Source of the DNA: Hypanus sabinus
Taxonomy: Eukaryota
Direction of reading: 5' to 3'
NCBI RefSeq assembly: GCF_030144855.1
Contig: NC_082706.1
Span: forward strand, 33,604,001 to 33,668,000
DNA: 64,000 bases
Under the pieces are notes generated by a model that worked only from the letters and a program-made list of their open reading frames with translations, ran no database searches and was not told the DNA's origin. Made by a program: the position numbers and the translations under genes. Positions 1 through 11,844 of this stretch are shown in pieces. Position 1 is the first letter of the stretch; every line of letters begins with the position of its first letter.

Positions 1-309
1 TATAAAAATAAAGTTAGAGATTAAGGTATGGATAGGGAATAAAATATTATGAACATATTTCTTATTTCTTTAATCTCTAACTTACACACCAACACACACC
101 ACAGCAAATTCCCAATACATGAAAATGTTTATGACGAACAAAATTGATCCTTGATTTATTTGTTGGTGAGTCAGATCTTTCCTCTAGATCTTTAATAAAA
201 CTTAGCTCCACACAATTACACCTCCATGATACATGATTGTCTGCTGGGGTAGGAAACCAGAGGTCTGTGAGCCAGTCCTCTTCCTAAGTCCAGCATGTAA
301 GTGCCTTCC

Positions 310-940
310 AATGAAAGCACAGCAGCACTTCTACTTTCTTAGAAGTCTGTAAAGATTCAGCACATCATCTGAAACTTTAACAAATTTCTATAAATGCATA
401 GTGGACTGTATACTGACTGGTTGCATCACAGCCTGGCATGGAAACAACAATACTCTTGAATGGAAAAGCCTACAAAAAGTCAAGAATATAGCCCGTCAAT
501 CATGGGTAAAGCCTTCCCACCACTGAGCACATCCTGCCACAGGAAAGCAGCACCGCTCACCAAGGATCCACACCACCCAGGACACGCTCTCTTCACGCTG
601 CTGCCATTAGGAAGGAAGTGTCTCAGAACTCCCCACCAGGTTCACAAACAGTAATTACCCTCCAACCAAAAGGCTCATGAACCATAACTTCACTCAACTT
701 TATTCACTCCAGCACTGAACTGTTCCTTAACCTATACACTCACTTTCAAGGACTCTTCAGTTCATGTTTGTTTTTTTTTGTATTTGAAGTTTGTTGTCCT
801 TTTGAACACTGGCTGTTTGTCCTAACTGGTGTGTGGATTTGTCATTGATTTTATTGTCTTTCTTTGTGTTTACTGTGAATGCCCACAAGAAAATTAATAA
901 CAGGGTTGTATATGGTGCCATATGTATTTTGAACTTTGAT
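310..940 (+). mobile_element. Rex1/Babar-like LINE 3' fragment (decayed)
   Basis: ORF 460-654 has KAAPLTKDPHHPGHALFTLLPLGR, the C-terminal motif also found in the copies at 22018 and ~30370; followed by the shared 3' UTR. Confidence 0.7.
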
Positions 941-1020
941 CAGCTTTGTCCAACTACTGACCACCTCTACCCCTATACAAGGTCCAAAATAGTTTTCCAT
1001 ATTCTTAAACACTTCTATAC

Positions 1021-1481
1021 CAGCCTTCCCCTGTCCACCTCCCCCCACCCCCACAAGCCACTTCCCCTACAGCCTTTCCCCTACACCCCCCACAGACTCC
1101 TTCACCCCACGAATCACTTCACCCCACACCCTTCCCCTACAGCCTTTCCCCTACACTCCCCACAGACCCCTTCACCCCACAAATCACTTCACCCCACACC
1201 CTTCCCCTACAGCCTTTCCCCTACACCCCCCACAGACCCCTTCACCCCACGAATCACTTCAACCCCACACCCTTCCCCTACAGCCTTTCCCCTACACCCC
1301 CCACAGACCCCTTCACCCCACAAATCACTTCAACCCCACACCCTTCCCCTACAGCCTTTCCCCTACACCCCTCACGGACCCCTTCACCCCACGAATCACT
1401 TCAACCCCACACCCTTCCCCTACAGCCTTTCCCCTACACCCCCCACAGACCCCTTCACCCCACGAATCACTTCACCCCCAC
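1021..1481. repeat. Minisatellite, about 6 copies of a 70-71 bp C-rich unit
   Basis: Unit CTTCCCCTACAGCCTTTCCCCTACACCCCCCACAGACCCCTTCACCCCACGAATCACTTCACCCCACACC restarts at 1061, 1131, 1201, ~1272, ~1343 and ~1414. Confidence 0.95.
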
Positions 1482-1521
1482 GGAGTCCTCCCCCTGCACT
1501 CTTCCCCCACCGCTCCCACTT

Positions 1522-1640
1522 CCCTCTGACGAAGGGTCTTGGCCTGAAACATTGTTTCCACGGGTGCTGCCCGACCTGCTGAGTTCCTCCAGCGTGGCTT
1601 TGAGCCCAGCATCTGCAGAGTACCTGGTGTTTACGTCCCC
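1522..1640 (+). mobile_element. Penelope-derived short repeat with degenerate hammerhead core
   Basis: CTGACGA-AGGGTCTTGGCCT-GAAAC at 1526-1550, then GCTGCCCGACCTGCTGAGTTCCTCCAGC; same family as the 3' end of the Penelope fragment at 14330. Confidence 0.7.
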
Positions 1641-1732
1641 CTTCCCCTCTGCCCAGCCACCCCGACTCCCCGCTATTTGCCTAACCCTTCCCACCCGGGC
1701 CTTCGCCCCTCCCTCGTTCCGGTGACACTCAC

Positions 1733-1900
1733 CCGCCAAACCCCGCCCATGCGGCGCCTCCGCCGGCCCCCGGCTCCCGCAGACGGAGCGGCCGCCGCGC
1801 CAGACGGCCAGCCGACCGGCCCGAGACAGAACGACGACGCCGGCCTGGGGCTGAGGGGAAAACAACCGTCAAACCGCCGCGTCACGTCGACCGGCACGCG
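1733..1900 (-). other. Putative first exon (probably non-coding) of the divergent gene; 5' end approximate
   Basis: Plus-strand ACTCAC at 1727-1732 reads CGG|GTGAGT on the minus strand, a consensus 5' splice site at the edge of the CpG island. Confidence 0.55.
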
Positions 1901-2022
1901 AATAATTGACACCCCAGCTCTCCAATGAAAAGGGCAGGTGTTAAGATTGACACATGACTTCAGGAGATGTCGCTTTGTGACGTACAACAGGGAAAGAGAC
2001 CAATGGACGGCGTGGCCTCATT

Positions 2023-2041
2023 TGGCCGCTAGGTGGCGTCT
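2023..2041 (+). promoter_or_regulatory. CTCF-like motif
   Basis: TGGCCGCTAGGTGGCGTCT closely matches the CTCF core CCRCYAGRKGGCR. Confidence 0.6.
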
Positions 2042-2059
2042 ACAAATAGCGTGATTACA

Positions 2060-2605
2060 GAACAACAAAGTACTTTGTTGATCCCGAGTGGGAAATTATT
2101 TCGTTACAGCAGCAACAGTTAAAAACACACTTAGCAATAATAATAACCAAGTATAGAATAATAATATACACGATCATAATTTACCAATGTGCAATAACTT
2201 ATGAAATAATAAAGCAGAGACTGTGATCTGTGTTCTGTCTCACAGATATGCACTCTTGTAAATGCTTATTAAATTATTATTAGGAAAGCTTTTCTGTAAC
2301 GATCCTTGTGACAGCGAAACTGAATGAGTCTGTTCGAAAGGGTGCTCCGCTGCTTATTCAGTAAACCATGGAGAGGAGGTGCCTGAATTTCCATAATAGA
2401 TAATTGTTTAGTGACCTCCTCTCCACCACTAACGCAAAAGAGTCCGGGTTGTAGCCAAGGACGGATCCAGCCTGTTTGATTAATTTATTTAGCCTTTTTG
2501 CATCACCAGCACTAATGCTGCTCCCCCAATATAAAGCGACAAAGAAGACCACGCTCGCTACAACAGACTGGTAAAAGATCTCCAACATCCTGCTGCGCAC
2601 ATTGC
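2060..2605 (-). mobile_element. Rex1/Babar-like LINE 3' fragment
   Basis: ORF 2358-2621 MLEIFYQSVVASVVFFVALYWGSSISAGDAKRLNKLIKQAGSVLG; the same 3' tail occurs at ~45415-45665. Confidence 0.7.
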
Positions 2606-3541
2606 AGGGTCTCGGCTTCATTGGAAAATAGAGCCTGCTCCTCCCCTTCTTGTAAACAGCCTTGTTTAAATGATGCTCAGGGACAGGTAACTAAAAGGAA
2701 AATGTCACTGCACAGGAACACCATGGAGCAATTTGCACGTGAAGCCAACGTGTTGTTCAGATTCAGTAAACAGATTGATGTGACTATTTACATCATAATT
2801 TAGAGTCACTGAGTAATCAAACGGCGTGGAAACAGATCCTTCAGCCCAACCTGTTCGTGGTACCCACCAAACTAGTTCCATTTGTCCACCTTTGACCTTC
2901 AGCACTCTAAACGTCCATGCTGTTATTGGACCACCTTGACAGCCCATTCCATGTACAAACCATCCTCTGTGCGAAGAAGTTGCCCCTGAGGTTTCTTGAA
3001 ACTTCCACCTCTCACCTTAACCCTCTGCCCTTTAGCTTTTGGGTCCCCTTCGATTCAGGTTGAGGTTAGAGACATGCAGGAGCATATGGATGCTGGAACC
3101 TGGAGCAACAGAGAAGGGGCTGGAGGAACTCAGCGTGTCAGGTTCATCAACAGTCCACTTCCCTTCCTAGATGCTGCTTGAGCCGCTGAGTTTTTTCCAG
3201 CATCTGTTGCTTCAGATTCAGATTAGTTGTCATAGACACAAGGGTGCAATGGAATTTCTTGCTTGTGTGAAGCCTACAGAGTAAACAATATTGATATTAA
3301 TAGTGAATACAACAATAAATACAACTATGAGCATGGAACAATGGAATGGTGCAAAATATTATACAGTAGTACTGCAATCTGAAATATATAAAAAATGATG
3401 ATAAACAAACAATCCTACTAATGTGATGAACTGATAAGTGAGGCTTTGGGCCTACTCCAGGCTGCTCTGGGTTTCGGATTGGAGGAATCAATTTTGGTTT
3501 GAAATGCTGTTGTTTTCTTCAATTATTTACAGTTGAATTGA

Positions 3542-3632
3542 AAACACAAAATGCTGGCAGAACTCAGCAGGTCAGACAGCTTCTATGGGAGGAGGTAGTG
3601 ACGATGTTTCGGTATCTGCAGATTCACTCGTG
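3542..3632. mobile_element. Penelope-derived insertion with inverted halves and 15 bp TSD
   Basis: TTACAGTTGAATTGA at 3527-3541 and 3633-3647 flanks a minus-oriented plus a plus-oriented piece of the Penelope terminal repeat. Confidence 0.8.
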
Positions 3633-3647
3633 TTACAGTTGAATTGA

Positions 3648-4155
3648 CTTTATTTCTTACATCCTTCACATACATGAGGAGTAAAAATCTTTATGTAACG
3701 TCTCCATCTAAATGTGCCGTGTGCAATCATAGTGATTTATGATAAATAGAACAGTCAATGTAACATAGGAATACACTCAAATCAACGAGACTTAAGCAGT
3801 CTGATGGCCTGGTGAAGGAAGCTGTCCCGGAGCCTGTTGGTCCTGGCTTTTATGCTGCGGTACCGTTTCCCAGACGGTAACAGCTGGAATAGATTGTGCT
3901 TGGGTGGCTTAGGTCCCCAATGTTCCTTCGGGCCCTTTTTTCACACCTACTATGTAAAGGGGAAGTTTACAACTACAGATGTGCTGGGCTGTCTGCACCA
4001 CTCTCTGCAGAATCCTGAAATTAAGAGAGGGACAGTTCCCATACCAGGCAGTGATGAAGCCAGTCAGGATGCTCTCAATTGTGCTCCTGTAGAAAGTCCT
4101 TTGGATTTCGAGGCCCATACCAAACTCCCTCAACTGTCTGAGGTGAAAGAGGTAC
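3648..4155 (-). mobile_element. Rex1/Babar-like LINE 3' fragment
   Basis: ORF 3909-4289 contains LFHLRQLREFGM..FYRSTIESILTGFITAWYGNC. Confidence 0.75.
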
Positions 4156-4227
4156 ATGATTTGTATTTTTTTAAATTTCTCTTGCACATCGAGAATTGTT
4201 TTATTATTTTTGTAATTTTTTCCTTTT

Positions 4228-5295
4228 AGAAATGTAGAAAACCTACAGCACAATACAGGCCTTTCGGCCCACAAAGCTGTGCCAAACATGTCCTTACTTT
4301 AGAAATTACCTAGGGTTACTCATAACCCTCTATTTTTCTAAGCTCCATCTACCTATCCAGGAGTCTCTTAAAAGACCCCATCATACCTGCCTCCACCACC
4401 GTTGCCAGCAGCCAATTCCACACACTTACCACTCTCTGCGTAAAAAACTTACCCCTGACATCTCCTCTGTTCCTACTTCCAAGCACCTTAAAACAATGCC
4501 CTCTCATGCCAGCCTTTTCAGCCCTGGGAAAAAGCCTCGGTCCATCCACACGATCAATGCCTCTCATAATCTTATACACCTCTATCAGGGGTCACCTCTC
4601 ATCCTCCATCTCTCCAAGGAGAAAAGATCGAGTTTACTCAACCTATTCTCATAAGGCATGCTCCCCAATACTTGTAAATCTCTTCTGCACCCTTTCTGTG
4701 GTTTCCACATCCTTCCTGTAGTGAGGTGACCAGAACTGAGCACAGTACTCCAAGTGATGTCTGAACAAAGTCCTATATAGCTGCAACATTACCTCTCTGC
4801 TCCTAAACTCAATTCCATGATTAATGCATAGTAGCTTTGAGTGTCCTATGGACTCGGAGCTCAAGATCCCTCTGATCCTCCACACTGCCAAAAGTCTTAC
4901 CATTTATACTATATTCTGTCACCATATTTGACCTACCAAAATGAACCACCTCACACTTATCTGGGTTGAACTCCATCTGCCACTTCTCAGCCCAGTTTTG
5001 CAACCTATCAATGTCCCGTTGTAACCTCTGACAGCCCTCCACAATACCCCCAACCTTCATGTCTTCAGCAAATTTACTAACCCATCCCTCCACTTCCTCA
5101 CCCAGGTAATTTATAAAAATCTCTAAGAGAAAGGATCCCAGAACAGATCCCTGAGGCACACCACTGGTGACTGACCTCCATGCAGAATATGACCCATCTA
5201 CAACCACTCTTTGCCTTCTGTGGGCAAGCCAGTTCTGGATCCACAAAGCAATGTCCCCTTGGATCCCATGCCTCCTTACTTTCTCAAGAAGCCTT
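4228..5295 (-). mobile_element. CR1 LINE, 5'-truncated, RT C-terminal part
   Basis: WIQNWLAHRRQRVVVDG..VTSGVPQGSVLG..SKFAED..WQMEFNPDKC; LEYCAQFWSPHYRKD; YKIMRGIDRVD. Confidence 0.9.
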
Positions 5296-8200
5296 TCTCA
5301 ACTTTTAATTGGGTTCTTTTGGGTTTCTTGCTATGTGGCTACCTGTGAGCAAGCAAATCTCAAGGTGGTATAATTTTTGCATTCTTTGATAATAAATGTA
5401 GTTGAATCTTGAACCTTGAATGAAGAGAGGTAGAATTAAGTGTCCGAGAACATGGCAGTACCTCCAGGAGCGGGAATGAACGAGGTCTCAGAAGCACAGG
5501 AGACAGGTCATTTGTAAGTCTTGTGCCAAACTCAAAACACTTTTTCCCTCCGTCAAACTAAGGCAGTGGATCAAGGATGATAAATAAGTTTAGTTAATGG
5601 TACCTGCTTTCGGTGAGAGGTGGCTCCCAAGATGTGGGAGCTGGTCCATTCTTTTTCCAGGTTCTTACCATGAACTTTTTCTGTTGCAGAGCAGTATCGG
5701 GCTGCAGGGACAAATTGACAGATGACCTTGGCCTTGCAGGTGTTGAGTGGAACATCGATTCTGTCTTATGCTTCATTGGATGAGCTGATGGGTGCTTTGG
5801 GATCTGCCTCCAAAGCTGCATAACACAAGCATTTCGCCAATTAAACTTGGTGGTCAAGTTAATGAGTTGTTAGTAATGGGTTAAAGGTAGAAGAGGGATC
5901 TGTGGATAGTTAACAGAAACAGCCAGCATCTGCTGTAACAAATGATGCAAGGACTGTCATCCTTTCATTAGGGAAAGATGCCAGCTGGAAGGAAATTTCA
6001 TAATTGCTCTGAAGAATTGGCAATTTCCCCAAAGACTATTACAAATGTAGCAGATTAAGTATGAATACCGACATTTAGCCGTAACAGAAATGACAGAAGA
6101 TTGGACAAATATATCAAGCACCTGAATGATTTTACCTTAAAATATAGAACATAGAACAGTACAGCTCAGGAACAGGCCCTTCAGCCCTCTATGTTGTGCT
6201 GAACCAGTTAGATTAGAAATCAAATGGCCAACTAGCTAATCATCTCTGTCTGCACAATATTCATATCCTTCCATTTCCCTCACATTCATGTGCCTATCTC
6301 AACGACTCTTAAAATTCTCTGAAGTATCTGCCTCTACTACCACCCCAGGCATCCACAACTCTCTGTGTTAAAAAAAAGGTGTCCCTCACATCTCCTTTGG
6401 AGTTACCCCTCTCACCTTCTGTAGCATCATTCAAGAAACACGATAATGAATGGATTAGTACGATAGCAAAAGGTCTTAACACAAGACCATAAGAAATAGG
6501 GCCCACCTGTCCAGCCTGTTTCTCCAGTCTTTAAGATTCTAGCTGATATGTACTTGACCTCAGCTGCATTTTCTTGACTAATCCCTATAACCCTTCATTC
6601 TTCTAAAGTGTCTCGTCAATCCATCTCTGTTTTAGATATATTTCGCACTTCAGCCCCAGAGTATTTTGGGATGGAGGCTTCCAAAGATTTCCAATCCTCT
6701 GAGAGAAGAAAATTTTCTACATCTTCATCCTAAGTAGGAGACCCTTTATTATGAAGTTGTCAAACTTCATCCTAGGTTCCGCCAGGTGAAGGGACGTTCT
6801 CAATGCAGCCCTCAGAATCTTCTGTGTTTCAGTAAGATTCTTATGTAGAGTGATGTGTATTAGTTAATACTGGAACCAAGCTTATTTCACTGGATTATTG
6901 CATACCGTGAAAATATGAATATAAATATAAACTGTTATTATCTTTATGGGATGCCTATGAGACTATAAGATATAGTCTATCAAGTCTGCACTACCATTCA
7001 ATCATGGGCAGAAGGTAAAACGTATCTTTTGCCTGAAGGGGAAATCACAAAAGATCCTCCTATTAAGTAAAGTATCCTCCTATTACTTGTTTACAGGCTA
7101 AATATAGATCTAGCCCAGTGGAAAAGCAGAAATCTTTCATGTTGCTATATTGACTACCAAAAGGCATTTGACCCGGCCCTTCTCTCATGTTTAGCAAAAG
7201 TTCTTAATATATATATGAACTACACCCAATACTGCAACACCTGATGAAACATTGGTGTACTATAATCATCTGATCTATTAATAGCCAAAAAAGAACAACA
7301 GCCATCATCAAAATAAACCGTGGCATTTTCCAAGTTGACTGTCTAAGCGCAATATGGTTCTGTCTAGCTTTAAACTTGCTCTCTAATTTACCAAACAGAG
7401 GAAAACTGGGTAAAAAATCAGAAACAACGAAATGAGCTACACCTTAGCACACCTTCTATGCACAGATGATTTGAAATTATATGCTCCTTCATATAAGCTA
7501 AATTAAGCTAATTGAATTAAGCTAAAGCAATTAATTCAAATAGTAGAACTACTTCCAAAAGATATAAACATGAACTTTGGACAGGATAAATGAAGAACAT
7601 TAAACATAAAGAAAGGTGATAGAAAGCTCATAGAATTTTTAAAAAAACAGAGCAGCAGGATACAATACAACCGATGGATGAATATGAAACATATAACCAT
7701 CAGAGATATCAACAAGAAAAGGAAATAGATCAGAACATGATAAAGGGAAATCTTCTGGCAGAATTTATTTCAAGGCTTAAGAAAATCTGCCAAACAGAGC
7801 TCAACTGTAAAAATATAACAAATGCAATAAACACTTCCACTACACCCGTATTAACATCTTCTTTTGGCATAATATCTTGGTCCAAAACCAATGTGGAAAA
7901 TTTATAAAGAAAAATAAGAACTGAAATGATCAATTTCAGTAAACATTTTGTACATTCACATGTACTGAGATTAACACTACCTAGGACAGAAGGGGGAAAG
8001 AGGAATAACAGACATTTAAAAAAACTACACATCAGTCAGATAAACTTCTAAGGATATATTTGCATCAATGAAAGCAGGAATCAGCACTCCACACAATTCC
8101 GATAAGAAATGTACACCACTAAACTTAAATGAGAGCACAACCCTGAAAAATGAAGACATTATCACTATTGAAGAAAATGTTAAGCAAAGGAAGAACATGA

Positions 8201-8623
8201 CCCTCCACGGAAGACATCCCCACCATCTGACCAGACTGGACGTCAACAAAGAAGCATCGAACGCTTGGTCAGAGTTTCCAGAAACAGAAGGGTTCCTTGT
8301 GACATTTACAGGACCAAGTGGTTAACACAAAAGATGATCAAAAATATAAAATAAAACACCAGAAAGAACAAGGTGATAAATGTAGAAAATACCAAGAAAA
8401 ACTGGAACAATCCAACACATTACAGGATCCTGTAGCAGTTTAACACAATCTGATTACTTACACAGGCACAATCAAATGACAAACATCATTCGTCAAAATC
8501 TTGCTTTAAAATACAAACTCATAAAAGGACCACATCTTACTCTAGATACAAGCCTGATCCAGCTTTAGAGTCAGAACACCACAAATTATATTATGACTGA
8601 TCGTTATTACAGATAGGATAATC

Positions 8624-8900
8624 AGCGGTGACCCACTTCCTAGCGCACTCGAACCGGCTCACAAATAGCCAACGCGCCGGCATAAAGGCCAGTCCCAAAA
8701 GGGCGCAAGGTCTGCTTCACTAACAAAGGGAAAAGCTCACGTGGGACTGTGAATACGTGCCCCCTACACATCCACGCCCGGGGAGGGTGGGATCAGGGAG
8801 GTTTTAAAGCGAGGCCGCGAAGTTCGAATAAAATCTTCTTTAACTGCAGTTTACCGACTCCGTGTCGTTATTTCAGCGCTGCGTGTAGCACACCGCTTCA
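8624..8900 (+). mobile_element. Gypsy solo LTR, 4 bp TSD AATC
   Basis: AATC at 8620-8623 and 8901-8904; both ends resemble the LTRs at 46450 and 48497; removing it restores the host reading DRIIHN. Confidence 0.85.
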
Positions 8901-8982
8901 AATCCATAATAAACAGCTGGATAGAATAATACAGGATAAACAAACAAGAACAACTTACTTAATGGATATAACCATTCTAACA

Positions 8983-11529
8983 TTTTTCCTGTAATTTATA
9001 TTTTATTGAAGTTCATCATCAAATGAACATTTTCATAAGATGTATTTCAGGTAATGTACATATATATCATATAGTCATATATGCCACAAATCTCCACATA
9101 ATATTTATCTAAGATTTACACTGATAGAAAAGAGAGGAAAGAAAGAACAAGTGAAAGGAAAGAACTATGTACAAGTAGGGAGTGATCTTTTTTTTTACAA
9201 CAGATTCATTGATTTGTGAGGATAAAATCAGGCCTATGAGGCATTTTCCCCAGTATGAATCAAATTGTTCCAACTTATGACTAACAGATGCTGTTATCTT
9301 CTCCATTTTGTAAATGTCCATTGTCATTTCCATCCATGTATTTAAAGTTGGGCTCTCCTGTGATAACCATTTCCTAGTAAGAGTCTTTTTACCAGCCACC
9401 AACAGTATATTCATTAAATATTTATCTCTTTTCAATCATTCTTAAGGTATATATCCAAAATATATGGTCTTACTTTCTAAGGGTATTTCACATTTAAAGC
9501 TGCCTTGTAAGGCATTATGTATCCCACTGCAATATTCTTTGATTGAGAGGGATAGATAGAGTTGACGTGAATAGGCTGTTTCCATTGAGAGTAGGGGAGA
9601 TTCAAACGAGAGGACATGATTTGAGAGTTAGGGGGCAGAAGTTTAAGGGAAACGCGAGGGGGTATTCTTTACTCAGAGAGTGATAGCTGTGTGGAATGAG
9701 CATCGTGTCGAAGTAGTAGAGGCCAGTTCAGTTGTGTCATTTAAGGTAAAATTGGATAGGTATATGGACAGGAAAGGAGTGGAGGGTTGTAGGCTGAGTG
9801 CGGGTAGGTGGGACTAGGTGAGATTAAGAGTTCGGCACGGACTAGGAGGGCTGAGATGGCCTGTTTCCGTGCTGTGATTGTTATATGGTTATACGGTTAT
9901 AATGGGGCATTCCCAGAAAATATGATAATGGTTTGCATTTTGATTTCCACAATTTCTCCAGCAAACAGGGAGGTTACTATCATAATGGGATTTCTGAGAG
10001 GGTGTATTAAAATATCTTATCAAGTTTTTCCTTCCGAACTCCCTCCATTTCTGTGAACTGGTGCACTTCCATTAATATGATACCTTCATATTGTTGTCCA
10101 TTCTTCCTCAGATATAATTATCCCTCCTTCCTTCTCCCATTTTGTTTTAATGTATGAAGTTGAATGTGTTTTAAGATTTGACAAACCCTTATACACGCTT
10201 GAAATAATTCTACTACCGTTATCTGAATTATATGCTTTTCTAAAGAGCTCTATCAAACACGTACTTGCCTTAGTTACATTTTTAACCATCCTCTTAACAT
10301 ATTGTTGCATCTGTAAATACCAATAAAAGTCTTGTTTTCTAATAAGTATTTCTCTTTAATCATTTCAAAACTGAATAGTGTTCCTTCTTTCATTATATTG
10401 CAAAGAACTTATTCCTTTAGCTGTCCAGTCCTTAAATCTGGCATCCAGTTTATTCGGCGTTCAATCCGAGTCATATGCACACCATTTAAGAATTGCAATA
10501 TCTCCCTCTAGTTTATATTCTTTTATAATAGTTTTCCATATTTTAAGAGTCTATTTCACCCATGGGTTTGCAATAGTATTTATGTTCCTTTGTAGGTTGT
10601 TGTCAGCCAAAATTGCCTGTATGGGAATGGGAAGTATCCCCCCTCAATGTTTTTCCATTGAGCATCATATGATGGGTTGCACCAACATATCACAGCTCTC
10701 AACTGTGCTGCAAAATAATAATCTCTAAGAGAAGGTAGGCCCCATCCCCCCTTTTCCTTGGCTAATTGCAAAGTTTTGAGACGAACCCTAGGCCTTTTAC
10801 CCTGCCGAATATATCTTGATAACATTTTGTTCCATTCATTGAATTGATTTTGATTGATCTCTATTGGTAGGGTCTGAAAGAGATATAACAGTCTGGGCAG
10901 TATATTCATTTTAATAGATTCAATCATTGAACTGAGACTGAAAAAAGGAATTAGGTTCCATCTTGTTATAACTTCCTTAATTTTATATATATATAGGTTG
11001 CTAATTGCATTCTGATAATTTTGCCAAATCTTTTGCCATAATGATGCCCAAATATTTGAAAGGCCCTGTTTGCCATGCCCAGGGGTATCTACTTTCAATT
11101 TCTCTTGGTGGGCTATAGTAATATGAAAGTAATTGGGTTTTATCTATGTTGATCTTGTATCCTGATAATTGACCATATTGTTCAAAGGATTGCATCAATT
11201 TAGGTAGAGTATGTTGGTTGCCCTCGATAGATCAAACTGTGATCCGTGTAACAGGTCAATTTATGCTCTGTCCCTTTAATAGTAATTCCCCTGATATCTT
11301 CATTTTGTCTGATGTATTGAGCTAATGGTTCCAGATATAAGGTGAAGAATAGTGGTGACTATGCACAACCCTGTCTCATGCCCCTTTCTAGGGTAAAATT
11401 ATTTGATAAATATCCATTGATTTTATTCCTAGCAGTAGGGTTGTCATATAGTGCCTGTATAGTTTTAATAATTGTGTCATGGAAACCAAATCTATGTAAA
11501 ACTCTGTAAAGAAAATTCCAATTAACCGA
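8983..11529 (-). mobile_element. L1-clade LINE, 5'-truncated ORF2
   Basis: LERGMRQGC, GYKINIDKTQ, IKMNILPRLLYLFQTLP, KRPRVRLKTLQLAKEKGGWGLPSL; minus-strand AATAAA and A tail near 8985-9010. Confidence 0.88.
9544..9900 (+). mobile_element. Young CR1 3' end nested in the L1
   Basis: Nearly identical to 38080-38425; ends in TATGGTTA-type tail repeats. Confidence 0.85.
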
Positions 11530-11844
11530 CCAAACACACATAACTTAAAGAAATCCATGAGTAAAAAACACTAGGAACTATCTGAATTAAATGAGGAAAG
11601 ACTTTGGAACATGAACAGGATATACATTGTCCCAATAGTAATATCTACAATTGGTATCATCCCAAAGGCATTACACAATACCATTAAACAATAAGAGCTA
11701 CGCAGTAATACTTATGTAAATCTTCAGAAAACTGCAATACTAAACACCACTAGAATAGTCCGAAAGCAATTGGTAAATTGGCTTGTCTATGCCCGAACCT
11801 CAGGTTTTACCAGCTTGAGCTGAGAAAAAAAATAATAAAAGTAA

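Larger units (their letters stand above)
1650..2045 (-). promoter_or_regulatory. CpG island / promoter of a minus-strand gene (probably LETM2 by synteny with NSD3)
   Basis: Dense CpG in an otherwise CpG-poor window; CRE-like GTCACGTC (~1881) and TGACGT (~1978); CCAAT (~2000); minus-strand donor at 1727-1732. Gene identity is inference only. Confidence 0.7.
7090..11838 (+). mobile_element. R4/Dong-clade non-LTR retrotransposon (RT + zinc knuckle + RLE), decayed and interrupted by nested insertions
   Basis: Manual translation gives YIDYQKAFD, INRGIFQxDCLSAIWFCLALN, HLLCTDDLKLYA, LTLPRTEGG, FPETEGF, IQHITGSC..YLHRHN and HNKQLDRIIQDK..LMDITI; resumes at ~11530 (RLWNMNRIYIVPIVISTIGIIPK..LQKTAILNTTRIVRK); A/TAA-rich tail. 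Confidence 0.85.

Noticed and set aside
1021-1481. CRISPR-like regular repeat
   Set aside because: Head-to-tail units with no unique spacers, in a vertebrate context.
833-1582. 249 aa Pro/His/Thr-rich ORF
   Set aside because: Translation of the C-rich minisatellite plus a LINE tail; non-ATG start.
1467-1987. Overlapping Gly/Arg/Pro-rich ORFs
   Set aside because: Expected stop-codon scarcity in a CpG island; no recognisable protein.
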